From a virus (lineage: Duplodnaviria; Caudoviricetes), in the IMG/VR virus record IMGVR_UViG_3300031813_000004, positions 64,001 through 128,000 of that record: a stretch of DNA of 64,000 bases; one strand, written 5' to 3'. The notes beneath the pieces were generated by a model. That model ran no database searches, had not been told where the DNA came from, and was given only the letters and a program-made list of their open reading frames with translations. How positions within the stretch are numbered: position 1 is the stretch's first letter; the number at the start of each line of letters is the position of its first letter. Positions 9,446-20,547 of this stretch are shown in pieces. The position numbers were made by a program, and so were the translations under genes.

Positions 9446-12400
9446 ATGGCAATTAAAAAAGATAATAAACCATATCGTCCAACTAGAGCTGAATTAGATG
9501 AATTAAGATCTATAAATTCAGTTGGCACATCCATTAGTAAAATGAATATGGAAACTAGAAAATCCATTGATTCAACTATGGGATCTAGTTATAAATCATT
9601 AAATAAATATGGTGATAAGAATGTTAGAGAAATAACATCATCCGTTAGCAAAATATTAAATAAATTTAGTTTAACAATTGATGCTTTATCTAGAGGCGTT
9701 ACAAGAATTACATTGAATACAGCTAAAGCTACAAAAGATACATTAACTCAATATGGTAAAGCTGTTGGACAAGATTTTAATATTAATAAACAAAATGCAG
9801 TAGCTATGGCTTTATCTCAATCAAGTCCTATCTTTGGATATTTTGCAGCTAAATTTGTGGAGACAGATATATTTCAAAATGCAGTTGAAAGAATGAAAGA
9901 ACATATAGGAAAATCATTATCTTCTATTGGTTATTATTTAAGATTTGGTTGGGAAAAATTTAAATCTAAAATTGGTATTAAACCAAAAAGAAATAATGAC
10001 GAAGGAGATGATTTTTTTGACTCCCCATCTAAAGCTTCATACAGAGTTAAGAATATTCCAAAATTAAAGAAAGGTGGATTAATTTCTAAATCAGGTATTG
10101 TATATGTACACGCTGGAGAAGTTGTATCACCTGTAGATAAAGTATTAGGTAATTCAAAATATTCAATTGGACAATTATTTAATAGTGGAAAAAGTTTAAA
10201 TAAAGACGGATGGCTTTATAAAATATATGATATATTATTAGAATTAAGAGTTTCAATGACTGGTATAGGTTATGACTTTAAAACTAATCTATATAAAAAA
10301 ATAATGGGTAACCCAGTATTTAAAAAAATGGCAATGGCTTTTAGTTTATTTAAAGCCACTACTAAATTTTTATTCAAAGTTAGAAATAGATATGAAAGAG
10401 AATTACCAAGATCTACAAATCTTCAAGCTAATATTGCTGATACTTTAGGTTTAACATATATTAGAAGTATGGAAAAGTATGACCAAATGCTTTTCTATTT
10501 AAGAAGATTGAGTGCTAAAATTACAGGCGAAGATGTTACACCTCCTGGTAATCCATCATACACAAATTATAAAGCAATTAAAGCTTTTATATCTGGAATA
10601 AAAAACAGAGGTGTTAAACAAACTTTTTCAGATATTTACCAAGCTATAAGTGGCAGAGTCAAATCATTAACTGGTAATACTCATAGTACATTATTGTTAC
10701 CAGATGGAACTGTATCTATAATTCCTAATGGTTCAAGTTCTAGTGGTAATTCTATATTTGGGTCCATTAAAGGAAAAACATCTGGAGTTTTTAATTATTT
10801 TAGAGGAGCTGGAGTTGCAGCTATTAGAAATAGAGAAGGAAAAAAATGGAAGCACGGAACTTTAGACCATCGTAACGGAGTTATAGATTATAGGTTTAAT
10901 TTAAATGAACATGATTTAGCTGCTGAAGAATATTATAATAGTTTTAACCACGCTACTGCTGGTGGGTTATTTAATAAAGGAAAACATTTTTTATCATCTA
11001 GTTTCCATAATTTAAAAAATAAACTTTCTTTACAACATTTAAGAGAAAAGTTTGGTCCTAATACTAAAGAAGATAGAATAGAAAAAAGATTAAGACTTAT
11101 ACAAGAAAATACTAGTGATTTAAAGGATGAAACTAAAAAAACCAATAAAAAGAATAAAGGTTTCTTTAGTACATTAGGCATGGTTGCTATGGGAATATAT
11201 TCTGCTATTAGAAATTTTGTAGGAACTATTCCACTTATAGGTAAACCATTGCAATGGATGATGTCATTTTTTAAATTTAAAATATGGGATCTTCCAAATA
11301 TGATTTGGGGAGTTATTAGTAAAGGTTTAGGTTTAGCTTGGAAAGGGGCAAAGTTAGGTGGTAGAGGATTAATGGGTTTAGGAAGAGGATTAGGTGGATT
11401 ATTCAAAGGTGGGAGCAAAGGAATATTAGGCAGAGGATTAGGAATTTTTGGTGTTGTAGATTCTGTTATAGATATGTTTAAAAGCGAAGGTAATGCTGAT
11501 AAAATGTTTGGTGGTCATGCTTCATTAATGCAAAAAGGATTTGCTGGAGTTGGTGGATTATTAGGTGGCGAAGACCAAGGTCAATCATCTGGTGGTTTAT
11601 CAGGTATTTGGGGTATGATGAAAGGTGCATTTTTTGGAGCAATCCGAGGTGCAACAATAGGTAGTTTATTTTCTCCAGGTATTGGTACTGCTGTAGGTGC
11701 TGCTGTAGGTGGTGTTTGTGGAATGATTGGACCAGATAGAATTGCAAGATGGTTGAATAAAGCATCCAATGGAATAGGATCAGTATTATCAAGTATTGGT
11801 GATATTATAAGTCATCCAATAGAATCAGTAGAAAGTGCTGCAAAAAATGGTTGGAGTTGGATGTCTAATGGGAATAATAAATTTTCACATATGATTGCTG
11901 GTGCTGCAATGGGTGGATTAGCAACAGGTGGTAATCCATTCGGTATAATAGGTGGAGCCATTATGGGTTGGTATGGTTCTGATGCTATTAAGAGAGTAGG
12001 TGAATGGTGGGGTAAAATGGGTATTGGATCTGATGCATTACCGCAAGGCCAATATAAAGATAGTTCTGGAAAAGCTTTACCTATGAGTATTCCTAATTAT
12101 TTAGAAGATGCTCAAAATAAAGCTAAAATAAGAGGAAAAACATTAAAAAATATATTTGGAAACGCTCAATATGATGATATTATTAATAAAGCTGCAAAGG
12201 ATTATGGAGTTGATCCTAAATTAATTAAGGGAATTATTAATACAGAAAGCGAATTTAATCCTAATGCAAAAGGACCCATGACACATTGGGGAAGAGCAAA
12301 AGGATTAATGCAAATTATAGATGACACATCTAGAGGGTTGGGAATAAAAAATTCCCTTAATCCAGAAGAAAACATCAGAGGCGGCACAAAATATTTTGCA

Positions 12401-12796
12401 AGTTTAGTTAAACAATATGGGGGAAATGTTCGTAAAGCGCTTGCGGTATATGGCGGGCATATTCATACAGATCCTACAAATTATATTAAAAAGGTTCTTG
12501 AATATTCTGATCCAAAAATTAATGAAAATAGGCAAACTATAGCTGAAAGGCACGTTGCTGATAAAACTAGAAATTTAGAAGAATTAAAAGAATTATATAA
12601 AAAACAATCAGCAGAATCATCTAAACAATCAGATGAAGCAATTAAAGCTATGGAAAAGAATTTTACAAATTTTGGTCAACATATTACTACAGCAGTTACA
12701 AATAATACCAGTTCAAATGTTAATAATAATAATCAAAGTGGAAGTAATCATTTTGACCCATATTTAAATGCAGTTGTTACTGGAGATGTACATTAA
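9446..12796 (+). CDS. tape measure protein with C-terminal lytic transglycosylase (SLT) domain
   Basis: 1116 aa; KGG...VHAGEVVSP motif, Gly-rich hydrophobic repeats, SLT motifs IINTESEFNPNA / AKGLMQI / ENIRGGTKY. Confidence 0.85.
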   Translation: MAIKKDNKPYRPTRAELDELRSINSVGTSISKMNMETRKSIDSTMGSSYKSLNKYGDKNVREITSSVSKILNKFSLTIDALSRGVTRITLNTAKATKDTLTQYGKAVGQDFNINKQNAVAMALSQSSPIFGYFAAKFVETDIFQNAVERMKEHIGKSLSSIGYYLRFGWEKFKSKIGIKPKRNNDEGDDFFDSPSKASYRVKNIPKLKKGGLISKSGIVYVHAGEVVSPVDKVLGNSKYSIGQLFNSGKSLNKDGWLYKIYDILLELRVSMTGIGYDFKTNLYKKIMGNPVFKKMAMAFSLFKATTKFLFKVRNRYERELPRSTNLQANIADTLGLTYIRSMEKYDQMLFYLRRLSAKITGEDVTPPGNPSYTNYKAIKAFISGIKNRGVKQTFSDIYQAISGRVKSLTGNTHSTLLLPDGTVSIIPNGSSSSGNSIFGSIKGKTSGVFNYFRGAGVAAIRNREGKKWKHGTLDHRNGVIDYRFNLNEHDLAAEEYYNSFNHATAGGLFNKGKHFLSSSFHNLKNKLSLQHLREKFGPNTKEDRIEKRLRLIQENTSDLKDETKKTNKKNKGFFSTLGMVAMGIYSAIRNFVGTIPLIGKPLQWMMSFFKFKIWDLPNMIWGVISKGLGLAWKGAKLGGRGLMGLGRGLGGLFKGGSKGILGRGLGIFGVVDSVIDMFKSEGNADKMFGGHASLMQKGFAGVGGLLGGEDQGQSSGGLSGIWGMMKGAFFGAIRGATIGSLFSPGIGTAVGAAVGGVCGMIGPDRIARWLNKASNGIGSVLSSIGDIISHPIESVESAAKNGWSWMSNGNNKFSHMIAGAAMGGLATGGNPFGIIGGAIMGWYGSDAIKRVGEWWGKMGIGSDALPQGQYKDSSGKALPMSIPNYLEDAQNKAKIRGKTLKNIFGNAQYDDIINKAAKDYGVDPKLIKGIINTESEFNPNAKGPMTHWGRAKGLMQIIDDTSRGLGIKNSLNPEENIRGGTKYFASLVKQYGGNVRKALAVYGGHIHTDPTNYIKKVLEYSDPKINENRQTIAERHVADKTRNLEELKELYKKQSAESSKQSDEAIKAMEKNFTNFGQHITTAVTNNTSSNVNNNNQSGSNHFDPYLNAVVTGDVH

Positions 12797-12813
12797 TTTT
12801 GGAGATTTAAAAA

Positions 12814-14340
12814 ATGGCAAATCCACCAAGTCAAGGTACTAAAGTTGGAAAAGTGTATAACAGTTCAGTATCAGGAAAACAAGGTCCGTTAATAAGTATC
12901 CCTTCTATTATTGGGCTTCCTCCTAGTTCAACATTTTCTGATAATATGATAACAAATTCAATGCCTATATTACAAATAACACCATGTATTCCTAATTTTA
13001 CAAAAGGGTTAACTCTTTTTAATTTAAATGAAGCCAAAGATCAATATGCAAATACGTTAGCTGAATTAAATTATAGTGCATCTCTGCCATTAAGTGTTGC
13101 ATTTATAGCAGATAATTTTCCATCATTATCATTTAGTAATGAGTGGGGAGAAGGATTATTACAAGGTGCAACAAATATTGGATCAGATCTCGGTGGGCAA
13201 TTAGCATTTATGCTTGGGCAATCTACTGCGTCTGGATCTGCCAATATTATTAAAAATGCAATTAATAATATGGCTAGAGATCCAAAAACTGGAAAAGCTA
13301 AAACTGGAGCTGGTGCAGATTTTGCAAGAATGACAGGGGCAGCAGTAATGGGAGCTGAAAATTTAATAAATGATTTAACACAATCAACTGGAATGACTAA
13401 TGGAATTAATATTTTAGATAAATTAGCCGGTGGAAGTAGAATAGATTTTCCACATGTTTGGAAGGGGAGTAGTTTTAGTCCATCTTTTTCTATTACTGTT
13501 AGACTACATACTGTTACAACACAAAATGACAAAGATTATCATACGAATATATTAGGACCATTAGCCGCATTATTATGTTTAGGATTACCAATTCAAAAAG
13601 ATGAAAATAATATTTATAATTTTCCATTTTTATGTAAAATTAAATGCCCTGGATTATTTATGATGAATCCAGCTGCTATATCTTCAATATCAGTTCATTT
13701 AGGTGGAGATGTTGGTCTTATTGGATATAATCAAAGACCTAGTATGATAGATGTAAAAATAGATTTTCAAAGTTTATATACAAGTATGGTGACAGGCAAT
13801 GCTTCTGATAGACCAAGTATTGGTCAATTATTAGATGTATTAAAAGATAAAGCTACTATTGAAAATGAAACTCCAACATCAGAACTTGATAAAATGCCTG
13901 TTAATATTGTAGATATAGAAACACTTAATCCTACAGTTTCATTTGATGCATCTAATCCTACAGCAGTATCACCTGTTGCTGCTTTAAGAAGTCAAGCTAA
14001 AGTACCAGGTAATACATTAGCAGATTTAAAAAAGAGTTTTACAGCAGGGATCAATTCAATAAAAGCAACTGTATCTAATATACAAGCTAAAGTTGCAAAT
14101 GCTCAATCACAAGTTGCAAATGTACAAAGAACTATTATGTCAAATGTTAATCAAGTCGAATCTACTATTAAGGAAATACAAAGTGTAACTCATGTAGTTG
14201 ATACAGCTATTTCTTCAGTTAATTCAATTACAGCTTTTCCTAAATTATTAACTAATCAAGTCAGCGGATTTAGTAGCGCTCAAAAAACTGATTTGAGCGC
14301 TACTATTAGTAAGGTACAGAATTTTAAACCAAGATTCTAA
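12814..14340 (+). CDS. putative tail tube initiator / baseplate (gp48/54-like) protein
   Basis: follows tape measure; 'FPHVWKGSSF.PSFSITVRL...FPFLCKIKCPGLF...AAISSISV' tube-like fold pattern. Confidence 0.5.
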   Translation: MANPPSQGTKVGKVYNSSVSGKQGPLISIPSIIGLPPSSTFSDNMITNSMPILQITPCIPNFTKGLTLFNLNEAKDQYANTLAELNYSASLPLSVAFIADNFPSLSFSNEWGEGLLQGATNIGSDLGGQLAFMLGQSTASGSANIIKNAINNMARDPKTGKAKTGAGADFARMTGAAVMGAENLINDLTQSTGMTNGINILDKLAGGSRIDFPHVWKGSSFSPSFSITVRLHTVTTQNDKDYHTNILGPLAALLCLGLPIQKDENNIYNFPFLCKIKCPGLFMMNPAAISSISVHLGGDVGLIGYNQRPSMIDVKIDFQSLYTSMVTGNASDRPSIGQLLDVLKDKATIENETPTSELDKMPVNIVDIETLNPTVSFDASNPTAVSPVAALRSQAKVPGNTLADLKKSFTAGINSIKATVSNIQAKVANAQSQVANVQRTIMSNVNQVESTIKEIQSVTHVVDTAISSVNSITAFPKLLTNQVSGFSSAQKTDLSATISKVQNFKPRF

Positions 14341-15443
14341 CAAACAAAATTTCTAAAAACAATAGTTATATATAACGCTAAAAATGTTGCTACAAAGAAT
14401 TGTGTTTGTGGTGATAATTTTTTGTAATTTTCTAAATAATTTAAACTACCCAATATCTTTTCTAATAAACTAAATATTTGTTGTTTAAAGAAAACTTTTT
14501 GAATTGTCTTTTTAACTGACATTAAAGTTCTAACGTAATTATAGAATTCTTTACTACATATCGAACCAACATCTTTTAAATCTTTAATAAATAATTCTAG
14601 AGATAATTTAACATCATCATTATATTTCATATTGGATAATTCATTTACAATCATTGTAGCTAAAGATTGTTTAATTTTACTTATTTTTTTAGCATCATTT
14701 ATTGCTTTAATATCAACTTCTTTATACATTGTTATTTTTTTAACTACCCTATCTATTAATTCCCCACTTCTATCAACAGTTTTTTGATAATCAGATTCTT
14801 CATCAGGAGATTTAAAAGATAAACCTTTTTCTTTTGTTTCATAATATAATTCTCTAAAACTTTGAACACTTTGAGATATTCTTTTTCTGCATTCTCTTAT
14901 GAATTTACTTACCAACATTGGATCATCCATACCTTCAAATGTTAAAGTATGTCTTCTTTGCATTTCTCTAGCAATATGAAATAAAGCTCCAGAAATACTT
15001 TTTTCTCTGATGAATAAATGAGTTTTATTTAAATGTTCCAAAGTATATCTAAAAATATCAGGATTACAATATCTTAAATGTATACTCATTAAGTTTGTAT
15101 ATTGGGTTATAGTATAATATATAACTGTTGTGTTATAACCCACTTGATCTTTTTCAAGTAAAAAATAATTCATCAAAACTATCAATAAATTTGAATATGG
15201 ATTCTGCTCTAATAACCACTTCCCTTCTCCTGCCATTGATCCTTTATAAAACCTTTCTACGTATTCTTTTACATCATTATCATTAATTCCACATAAATAT
15301 AATAATTGAGAATAATGAACTTTAACCTTAGGAATATAACAAGGTTCTGATAAATTAGTTAAATCATTACTTGTAATATCAATAAGATATGATTTAAGTT
15401 TTCTTTCGTCTATGTTAAGTTTATTGGCTATAATATCATCCAT
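14337..15443 (-). CDS. hypothetical protein (last gene of minus-strand late block)
   Basis: 368 aa, GGGAG RBS. Confidence 0.75.
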   Translation of the reverse strand: MDDIIANKLNIDERKLKSYLIDITSNDLTNLSEPCYIPKVKVHYSQLLYLCGINDNDVKEYVERFYKGSMAGEGKWLLEQNPYSNLLIVLMNYFLLEKDQVGYNTTVIYYTITQYTNLMSIHLRYCNPDIFRYTLEHLNKTHLFIREKSISGALFHIAREMQRRHTLTFEGMDDPMLVSKFIRECRKRISQSVQSFRELYYETKEKGLSFKSPDEESDYQKTVDRSGELIDRVVKKITMYKEVDIKAINDAKKISKIKQSLATMIVNELSNMKYNDDVKLSLELFIKDLKDVGSICSKEFYNYVRTLMSVKKTIQKVFFKQQIFSLLEKILGSLNYLENYKKLSPQTQFFVATFLALYITIVFRNFVC

Positions 15444-15455
15444 AGTATTTCTCCC

Positions 15456-17993
15456 CTATTTAAGTATATTGGCCGAAATACTAGACGCCTTAAAATAAAT
15501 ATACTCTGGAGTATAAGTTAATAATTGTGATTGGGTAAAATTATCAATATTAAAATTAAAGAAAATACTTGAAGAAGGCTTAATTAATCTACAATGATTA
15601 ACACCAATAATACTTTGTACAACTGATTCAATTTCAGATCTATACATTTCAATATTAGAACCAAATCTTGAAGAAAATGCAGTTACTAAAGTTGTTTGAA
15701 TAGTATTTAATAAATCATCATTAGACCCAGAATATGTTGGATCTTTAAAAATTTCTAAATAAATTTGTAATGGTATTTGATAATTTGGAATAACCCAAAA
15801 TCCTTCGCTATAAATAAACTTAGTATTTTTATTTGTAACATACACAATATCATCAGTAGATGGGGTTATAAAAGCCCAACCAGTTGGGTACTGTCCTGTT
15901 ACTCCTACATATTGAGCAATATTTCCATATTGATTAGCCCAAACTCCACTCTCAGCTCCACTAACAATATATCTATCTCCTAAAAATGTTAGAGTTGGAA
16001 CTGCTGTTAAATAAATATCTTTAACATCTGGTTGAGTTGATGCATTCAATTGCATATTTAACATAGTACCAGTTGTATTTGTAAATTTAACATTTGTAAA
16101 ATCAGTCATCATTCTATAATTAACTAAATTAAAAGAAGATAACATAGATTGTAAAACATTTAATTCAAAATCTTGTTTAGATGTAAGATTTAAATAATAA
16201 TTATAATCAATTGTAGGGATGTCATATATAATTACATTAGTTCCATCGCTAAATGTATTAGATAACATAAATGGACTTAGATCTTGTCTAACAATTACAT
16301 TAGTTGAATATTGTGAAATTGTAAATGAAAGATTACTAGTAGAGTCATCATAAGCAATTGTAAAATTTAAATCTAAATTTCCAGCTGGTAATGATAAATA
16401 AGGAATAGTGCATAAATATTGTTGATTAACATAATCATTAATCATTTCATAAATTGCACTTCCTGTTTGTTGAATAGTCATCTGGCAATAAGTATTATTA
16501 AAATCACTTTGAGTTGTTTGATATGTTAAAGCAAATGTAATATTAGATGTTGTATCTGAAACTATTAATTGATTTGCAATAACATTATAATTACTCCAGC
16601 TATATAACAATGTTAAATTAGTTGCAATTTGATTAATTGTATAATTAAAATTTGTTGAGTTATTTATTAAATCAATATTCATATCAAACAATGTAATATA
16701 TTGAGTTCCATCTGTATCTGTAATAATTAAATTTTTAGAAATTGGTGCAACTTGACTTAATGGTAATTTATAAGTCAAATTCCTAGTTGGTACTATATCA
16801 TTATTATAATTTAATACTGAATATAATTGAATTTCATTTACATTTATATCTGATCTTTTCAATACAGGATAAGGATTTGATATTGGAGCAGTACCTAAAA
16901 CAACATCAGCAAAAGAATAGTCAACTTGAGAAACAAGACGATTCATAGTTGATAAATTAGCAATTGCATTATTTTTAGTTTGGTCTATTGATTCTTCATC
17001 TGTTCCACCAGTAGCAGAACTAGTATTTGTAACTGTATAAGTTACCAATTCAGTTCCATTACTTGAATTACAATATAATCTATCACCACTAGTTATAGAT
17101 CCTGCTATAACATTTCCAGCAGAACCTAAAGTGATTAATAATGTAACATTAATACTTGAAGAAGGTGGCGGTTGATAACCAATTAATCCATTACCAAATT
17201 GTAATGTAATTCCAGTTGTGGTTCTTTTAATAACATATCCTGTATCAGTATTAGACATTAGATATAAACTATTAAATTGAGTATATGTAACTGGACTATT
17301 ACTATTAGGCGGTGTTATTGTAACAGTTATTCCTGATATTTCTCCAGTAAATGTTACATCTTGTTCTATAAATTGATATATTTGAATATCAGAATCAACT
17401 TGAAATTCTTGATTTAATGTTTGATATTGATTAACTTGTAACATAAAAGATAATAGTTCAGCAGTACTATCAACATATGATGGTAAATTAAATATTCTAT
17501 TATCATTACTGCCAATAATACTTTGAGTTGAAACAATTGAAACATTTGAATTATTAGTAATTACAATTTGAGAATCAAAATAAGTTTGAAATATTACACT
17601 TCCAGCATAAAAATTAAAACCTGTAGGGATATCAATTGTAATATAATCACTATCAAAAGTTAATGGCATTGTAACTAGTATTTCGCATGTAGAGAAGGTT
17701 GCAATTGAAGGAGTATATCCTATAAAGGATGAAAGATTAAGTACCGATGTAGGTAATTGTGCTTGAGTTAAAAAGAATTCTCTAAATACACTTGATTGAT
17801 AAAAGAATAAATTAGATGTTAAAGTTGATAATGTATTTATGATAAAAGATAAAAAGGATGTTTGAGTTAAATCAACATCATTTAAATCAAGGTATGTTTG
17901 AGCTAATGAAATTATTTGATTACGGATGTTATCTCTAGATAAGTATATCTGGTTAGATAAACTATTCTGAGTATCAACTGTATTATTAGCCAT
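15456..17993 (-). CDS. baseplate wedge subunit (T4 gp6 / gpJ-like) with DUF2793-like insert
   Basis: REFFLTQAQ..SVLNLS, FGNGLIGYQPP, GGTDEESIDQ..NNA; GDRYIV...GVW...GNIAQY...GWAFITP insert. Confidence 0.85.
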   Translation of the reverse strand: MANNTVDTQNSLSNQIYLSRDNIRNQIISLAQTYLDLNDVDLTQTSFLSFIINTLSTLTSNLFFYQSSVFREFFLTQAQLPTSVLNLSSFIGYTPSIATFSTCEILVTMPLTFDSDYITIDIPTGFNFYAGSVIFQTYFDSQIVITNNSNVSIVSTQSIIGSNDNRIFNLPSYVDSTAELLSFMLQVNQYQTLNQEFQVDSDIQIYQFIEQDVTFTGEISGITVTITPPNSNSPVTYTQFNSLYLMSNTDTGYVIKRTTTGITLQFGNGLIGYQPPPSSSINVTLLITLGSAGNVIAGSITSGDRLYCNSSNGTELVTYTVTNTSSATGGTDEESIDQTKNNAIANLSTMNRLVSQVDYSFADVVLGTAPISNPYPVLKRSDINVNEIQLYSVLNYNNDIVPTRNLTYKLPLSQVAPISKNLIITDTDGTQYITLFDMNIDLINNSTNFNYTINQIATNLTLLYSWSNYNVIANQLIVSDTTSNITFALTYQTTQSDFNNTYCQMTIQQTGSAIYEMINDYVNQQYLCTIPYLSLPAGNLDLNFTIAYDDSTSNLSFTISQYSTNVIVRQDLSPFMLSNTFSDGTNVIIYDIPTIDYNYYLNLTSKQDFELNVLQSMLSSFNLVNYRMMTDFTNVKFTNTTGTMLNMQLNASTQPDVKDIYLTAVPTLTFLGDRYIVSGAESGVWANQYGNIAQYVGVTGQYPTGWAFITPSTDDIVYVTNKNTKFIYSEGFWVIPNYQIPLQIYLEIFKDPTYSGSNDDLLNTIQTTLVTAFSSRFGSNIEMYRSEIESVVQSIIGVNHCRLIKPSSSIFFNFNIDNFTQSQLLTYTPEYIYFKASSISANILK

Positions 17994-18009
17994 TTTAATT
18001 CAGTATCCT

Positions 18010-18663
18010 TTAAAGAAAATAAAATCCAGTGTTTTTGTCATACATGTTTTTTAGATTACTAGCTACAGTTTGGCTTTTAGATAATATTTTAGTCATGAAG
18101 GCTGCATCATCTAATGTATAAATATTTTTAGTATAATCATAAAATGTATAAGTTTCAGATGTTTGTAAATCCATATCATCAGTAGTTCTTGTCTGTTCCA
18201 ATGTCATATGTAATTTAATAAAAGTTTTATCACCAAATGTAGATTTAGTTGTATTAGTACAAGTCCATAAAGGATCTTTAGAGTCAATTGAATTAGTGTT
18301 AATAAATGATTGGTCAAATTTTATAACATCATTAGGATATGGAACTATACCATATGAATCAGGTATCACTATTTGAGTTTCAGCACTACTAGAAATATAA
18401 CCTCTTTCTTCTGCGTCAAATGTATTAGTAAATGCTTCAACAAAGAATACCGGGAGTAATAATATCTTATTCCATTTTACCCCTGATAATTCACCAATCC
18501 TCTCGTAATAGCCACCCATCAAATTTTTATCATCCCATACAGTTGTTGATAAATCAAGATGATAATAAGTAGTTAAATATGAAACTACATTCTTACTATA
18601 AACATCATAGAGTAATTTTTCGTAGTCATAGATATAATCATATATAGTTTTGTATAGTTGCAT
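18010..18663 (-). CDS. putative neck/head-completion virion protein
   Basis: 217 aa in structural operon; 'IVPYPNDVIKF' recalls gp14-like neck proteins. Confidence 0.4.
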   Translation of the reverse strand: MQLYKTIYDYIYDYEKLLYDVYSKNVVSYLTTYYHLDLSTTVWDDKNLMGGYYERIGELSGVKWNKILLLPVFFVEAFTNTFDAEERGYISSSAETQIVIPDSYGIVPYPNDVIKFDQSFINTNSIDSKDPLWTCTNTTKSTFGDKTFIKLHMTLEQTRTTDDMDLQTSETYTFYDYTKNIYTLDDAAFMTKILSKSQTVASNLKNMYDKNTGFYFL

Positions 18664-18669
18664 ATATGA

Positions 18670-19221
18670 TTATCTCCTTAATCTAAGATTTATAATATTT
18701 TGAGTGTGGTCCATTTTAATTTTAGATTCTACTTCTCTTTGTTTCCATTTTATTAATAAAGAAGTCATCTTTTTAAAACATTTATTTCTATTTTTTTCTA
18801 TTGGTTCATATTTACATTTCTTAAAAGAATTTTCTAATATTTTAGAAACTTTTTTAGTTGCTTCATAGTTACAAACTTTATAACAAAAACTTGAAGAATC
18901 AGGATGTTTCTTACAATCTTTAATACATTCATAACTAATACCATCTTCAAGATATTTAGCAGTTGCAAATAATAATTCACCTATAAATGGAATTGGCATT
19001 ACAATACATGCAGTAGCAAAACCAATCCTAAGAATTTTTTCATATATTGGCTTTTCTTTTGTAGGATCTCTATACTCTAAAAGTTTAATTAATTCTTCTT
19101 CTTTAATTACGGAAACCCATTGATACAATTTTAGATGTTCCTTTAGAGGTAGTTTCTTTCGCAATACTTTGCTATTAGAAACTACCTCTAAAATAAAGTT
19201 TTTAAATTCAATATTAGCCAT
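18670..19221 (-). CDS. TM + Cys-hairpin paralog 6 (subfamily B)
   Basis: EHLKLYQW N-domain, hydrophobic segment, 6-Cys C-terminal domain. Confidence 0.7.
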   Translation of the reverse strand: MANIEFKNFILEVVSNSKVLRKKLPLKEHLKLYQWVSVIKEEELIKLLEYRDPTKEKPIYEKILRIGFATACIVMPIPFIGELLFATAKYLEDGISYECIKDCKKHPDSSSFCYKVCNYEATKKVSKILENSFKKCKYEPIEKNRNKCFKKMTSLLIKWKQREVESKIKMDHTQNIINLRLRR

Positions 19222-20020
19222 TTGCTTTTGCTTTAGCCAGTTTAGCTAATTGTTCTTGATGTTTCTTAGCCCATTTAATTTCTTGTTTGGCTAATTGCTT
19301 TAAACATTTTTCTGGGTTATTAGTTTGGTTGCATTTACCTTTTTGAGATCTAAGACTTGATAGAACTTGAGCAGCTGCAGTTGCTTGGCATTGATACCTG
19401 CATACTTTACCTTTATTCCCAACCTGTTTAATGCATTGTCTTACACAAGGATCCATAAACTTTCTAAATAAATAATAACCAAGAACAGCAATCCCAGCCC
19501 CAGCAATAACTTTACCAGGATGAGCAGTAACAGCACCACCAACAGCAGACATAGCTTTTCTTGCTATACCTGTAGTATGTTTAGGAACATTTTGTGCAGC
19601 TTTATTCCAAGCTACTGAATCCCTGCTTGCTCCATTAGCTGCATAATCTACAGCCCTTTGCCAATCAGCATGTCTAGATGCACCAAGTTTCTTTACTGCA
19701 TTATAAGCACTTTTACCTCTTACTGCTGCGGCTCCTGCTGCGGCTGCTGCTCCATATTTTAATCTTTTCTTAGTTTTACTTTCAAAATCTCTAACTTTAC
19801 CAACTTGTTCAGTTGTTAATTCTTTAGAATAACTTTCACCAATATAAATGAGAACTGATTGTTCATAAGTTAAATTAGAAGTCCATTCACAGAGTTTAAC
19901 ATGCTCTTGAAAAGACATATGTTCTCTAAGAAATTTACTAGAAGAAGTAGCTTCTAACATAACTTTCTTTATAGCCCATTCAAGAGCTTTTTTATCAAGG
20001 ATAATTTCTTGTTCTGCCAT
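19214..20020 (-). CDS. TM + Cys-hairpin paralog 5 (subfamily B)
   Basis: EHVKLCEW..NLTY N-domain, Ala/Lys linker, TM, C..TNNPEKC. Confidence 0.75.
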   Translation of the reverse strand: MAEQEIILDKKALEWAIKKVMLEATSSSKFLREHMSFQEHVKLCEWTSNLTYEQSVLIYIGESYSKELTTEQVGKVRDFESKTKKRLKYGAAAAAGAAAVRGKSAYNAVKKLGASRHADWQRAVDYAANGASRDSVAWNKAAQNVPKHTTGIARKAMSAVGGAVTAHPGKVIAGAGIAVLGYYLFRKFMDPCVRQCIKQVGNKGKVCRYQCQATAAAQVLSSLRSQKGKCNQTNNPEKCLKQLAKQEIKWAKKHQEQLAKLAKAKANG

Positions 20021-20042
20021 TTTGTTTAATCCTCCTTTATAT

Positions 20043-20546
20043 TTACTTCTTAACTCTAAATTTATTAGAAGTTACTGCTAACTTTTTATAAGCATCAATC
20101 TTAAGAGTTGAATCTAAACCAACATCTTCTGTATTTAAATTAAGTTTACCTTTAATAATATAAATTTTTTTAGAACTAGAACTTAATTTAGAATTAAATG
20201 TTATTTCTAAATCAGATAAAATATATTTACTTTTACCTTCTAATTCTATATCATATATACCAATTTGTTCACAAGAAAATCTGACATTAAGTTCTTCAAT
20301 TAATTCAAATCTATTACCAAAATGATCATGTTCACCCTCAATTAAAGAGTCAATTATATCATCTGGTATTCTTGATATTAAAACACATGCATATGTATTT
20401 TCTTCATCTACAATATTACCTAATAAAGCTAAATATAGATAATCATCTTCAGTTCTAGGAATTAAAAATATATGAGAATTACCCACAAATTTTTTCTTAA
20501 AGATTCCTCTATAATTTTTTAATACAAAATAGTATAATGGTTTCAT
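20043..20546 (-). CDS. hypothetical protein
   Basis: 167 aa in structural operon. Confidence 0.65.
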   Translation of the reverse strand: MKPLYYFVLKNYRGIFKKKFVGNSHIFLIPRTEDDYLYLALLGNIVDEENTYACVLISRIPDDIIDSLIEGEHDHFGNRFELIEELNVRFSCEQIGIYDIELEGKSKYILSDLEITFNSKLSSSSKKIYIIKGKLNLNTEDVGLDSTLKIDAYKKLAVTSNKFRVKK

Positions 20547-20547
20547 C

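Noticed and set aside
10933-13532. Antisense ORFs within tape measure and neighbour (also 681-923, 1482-2036, 6244-6522, 22820-23086, 24739-25281, 39735-40226, 51534-51764)
   Set aside because: Shadow frames of well-supported genes; no RBS or motifs
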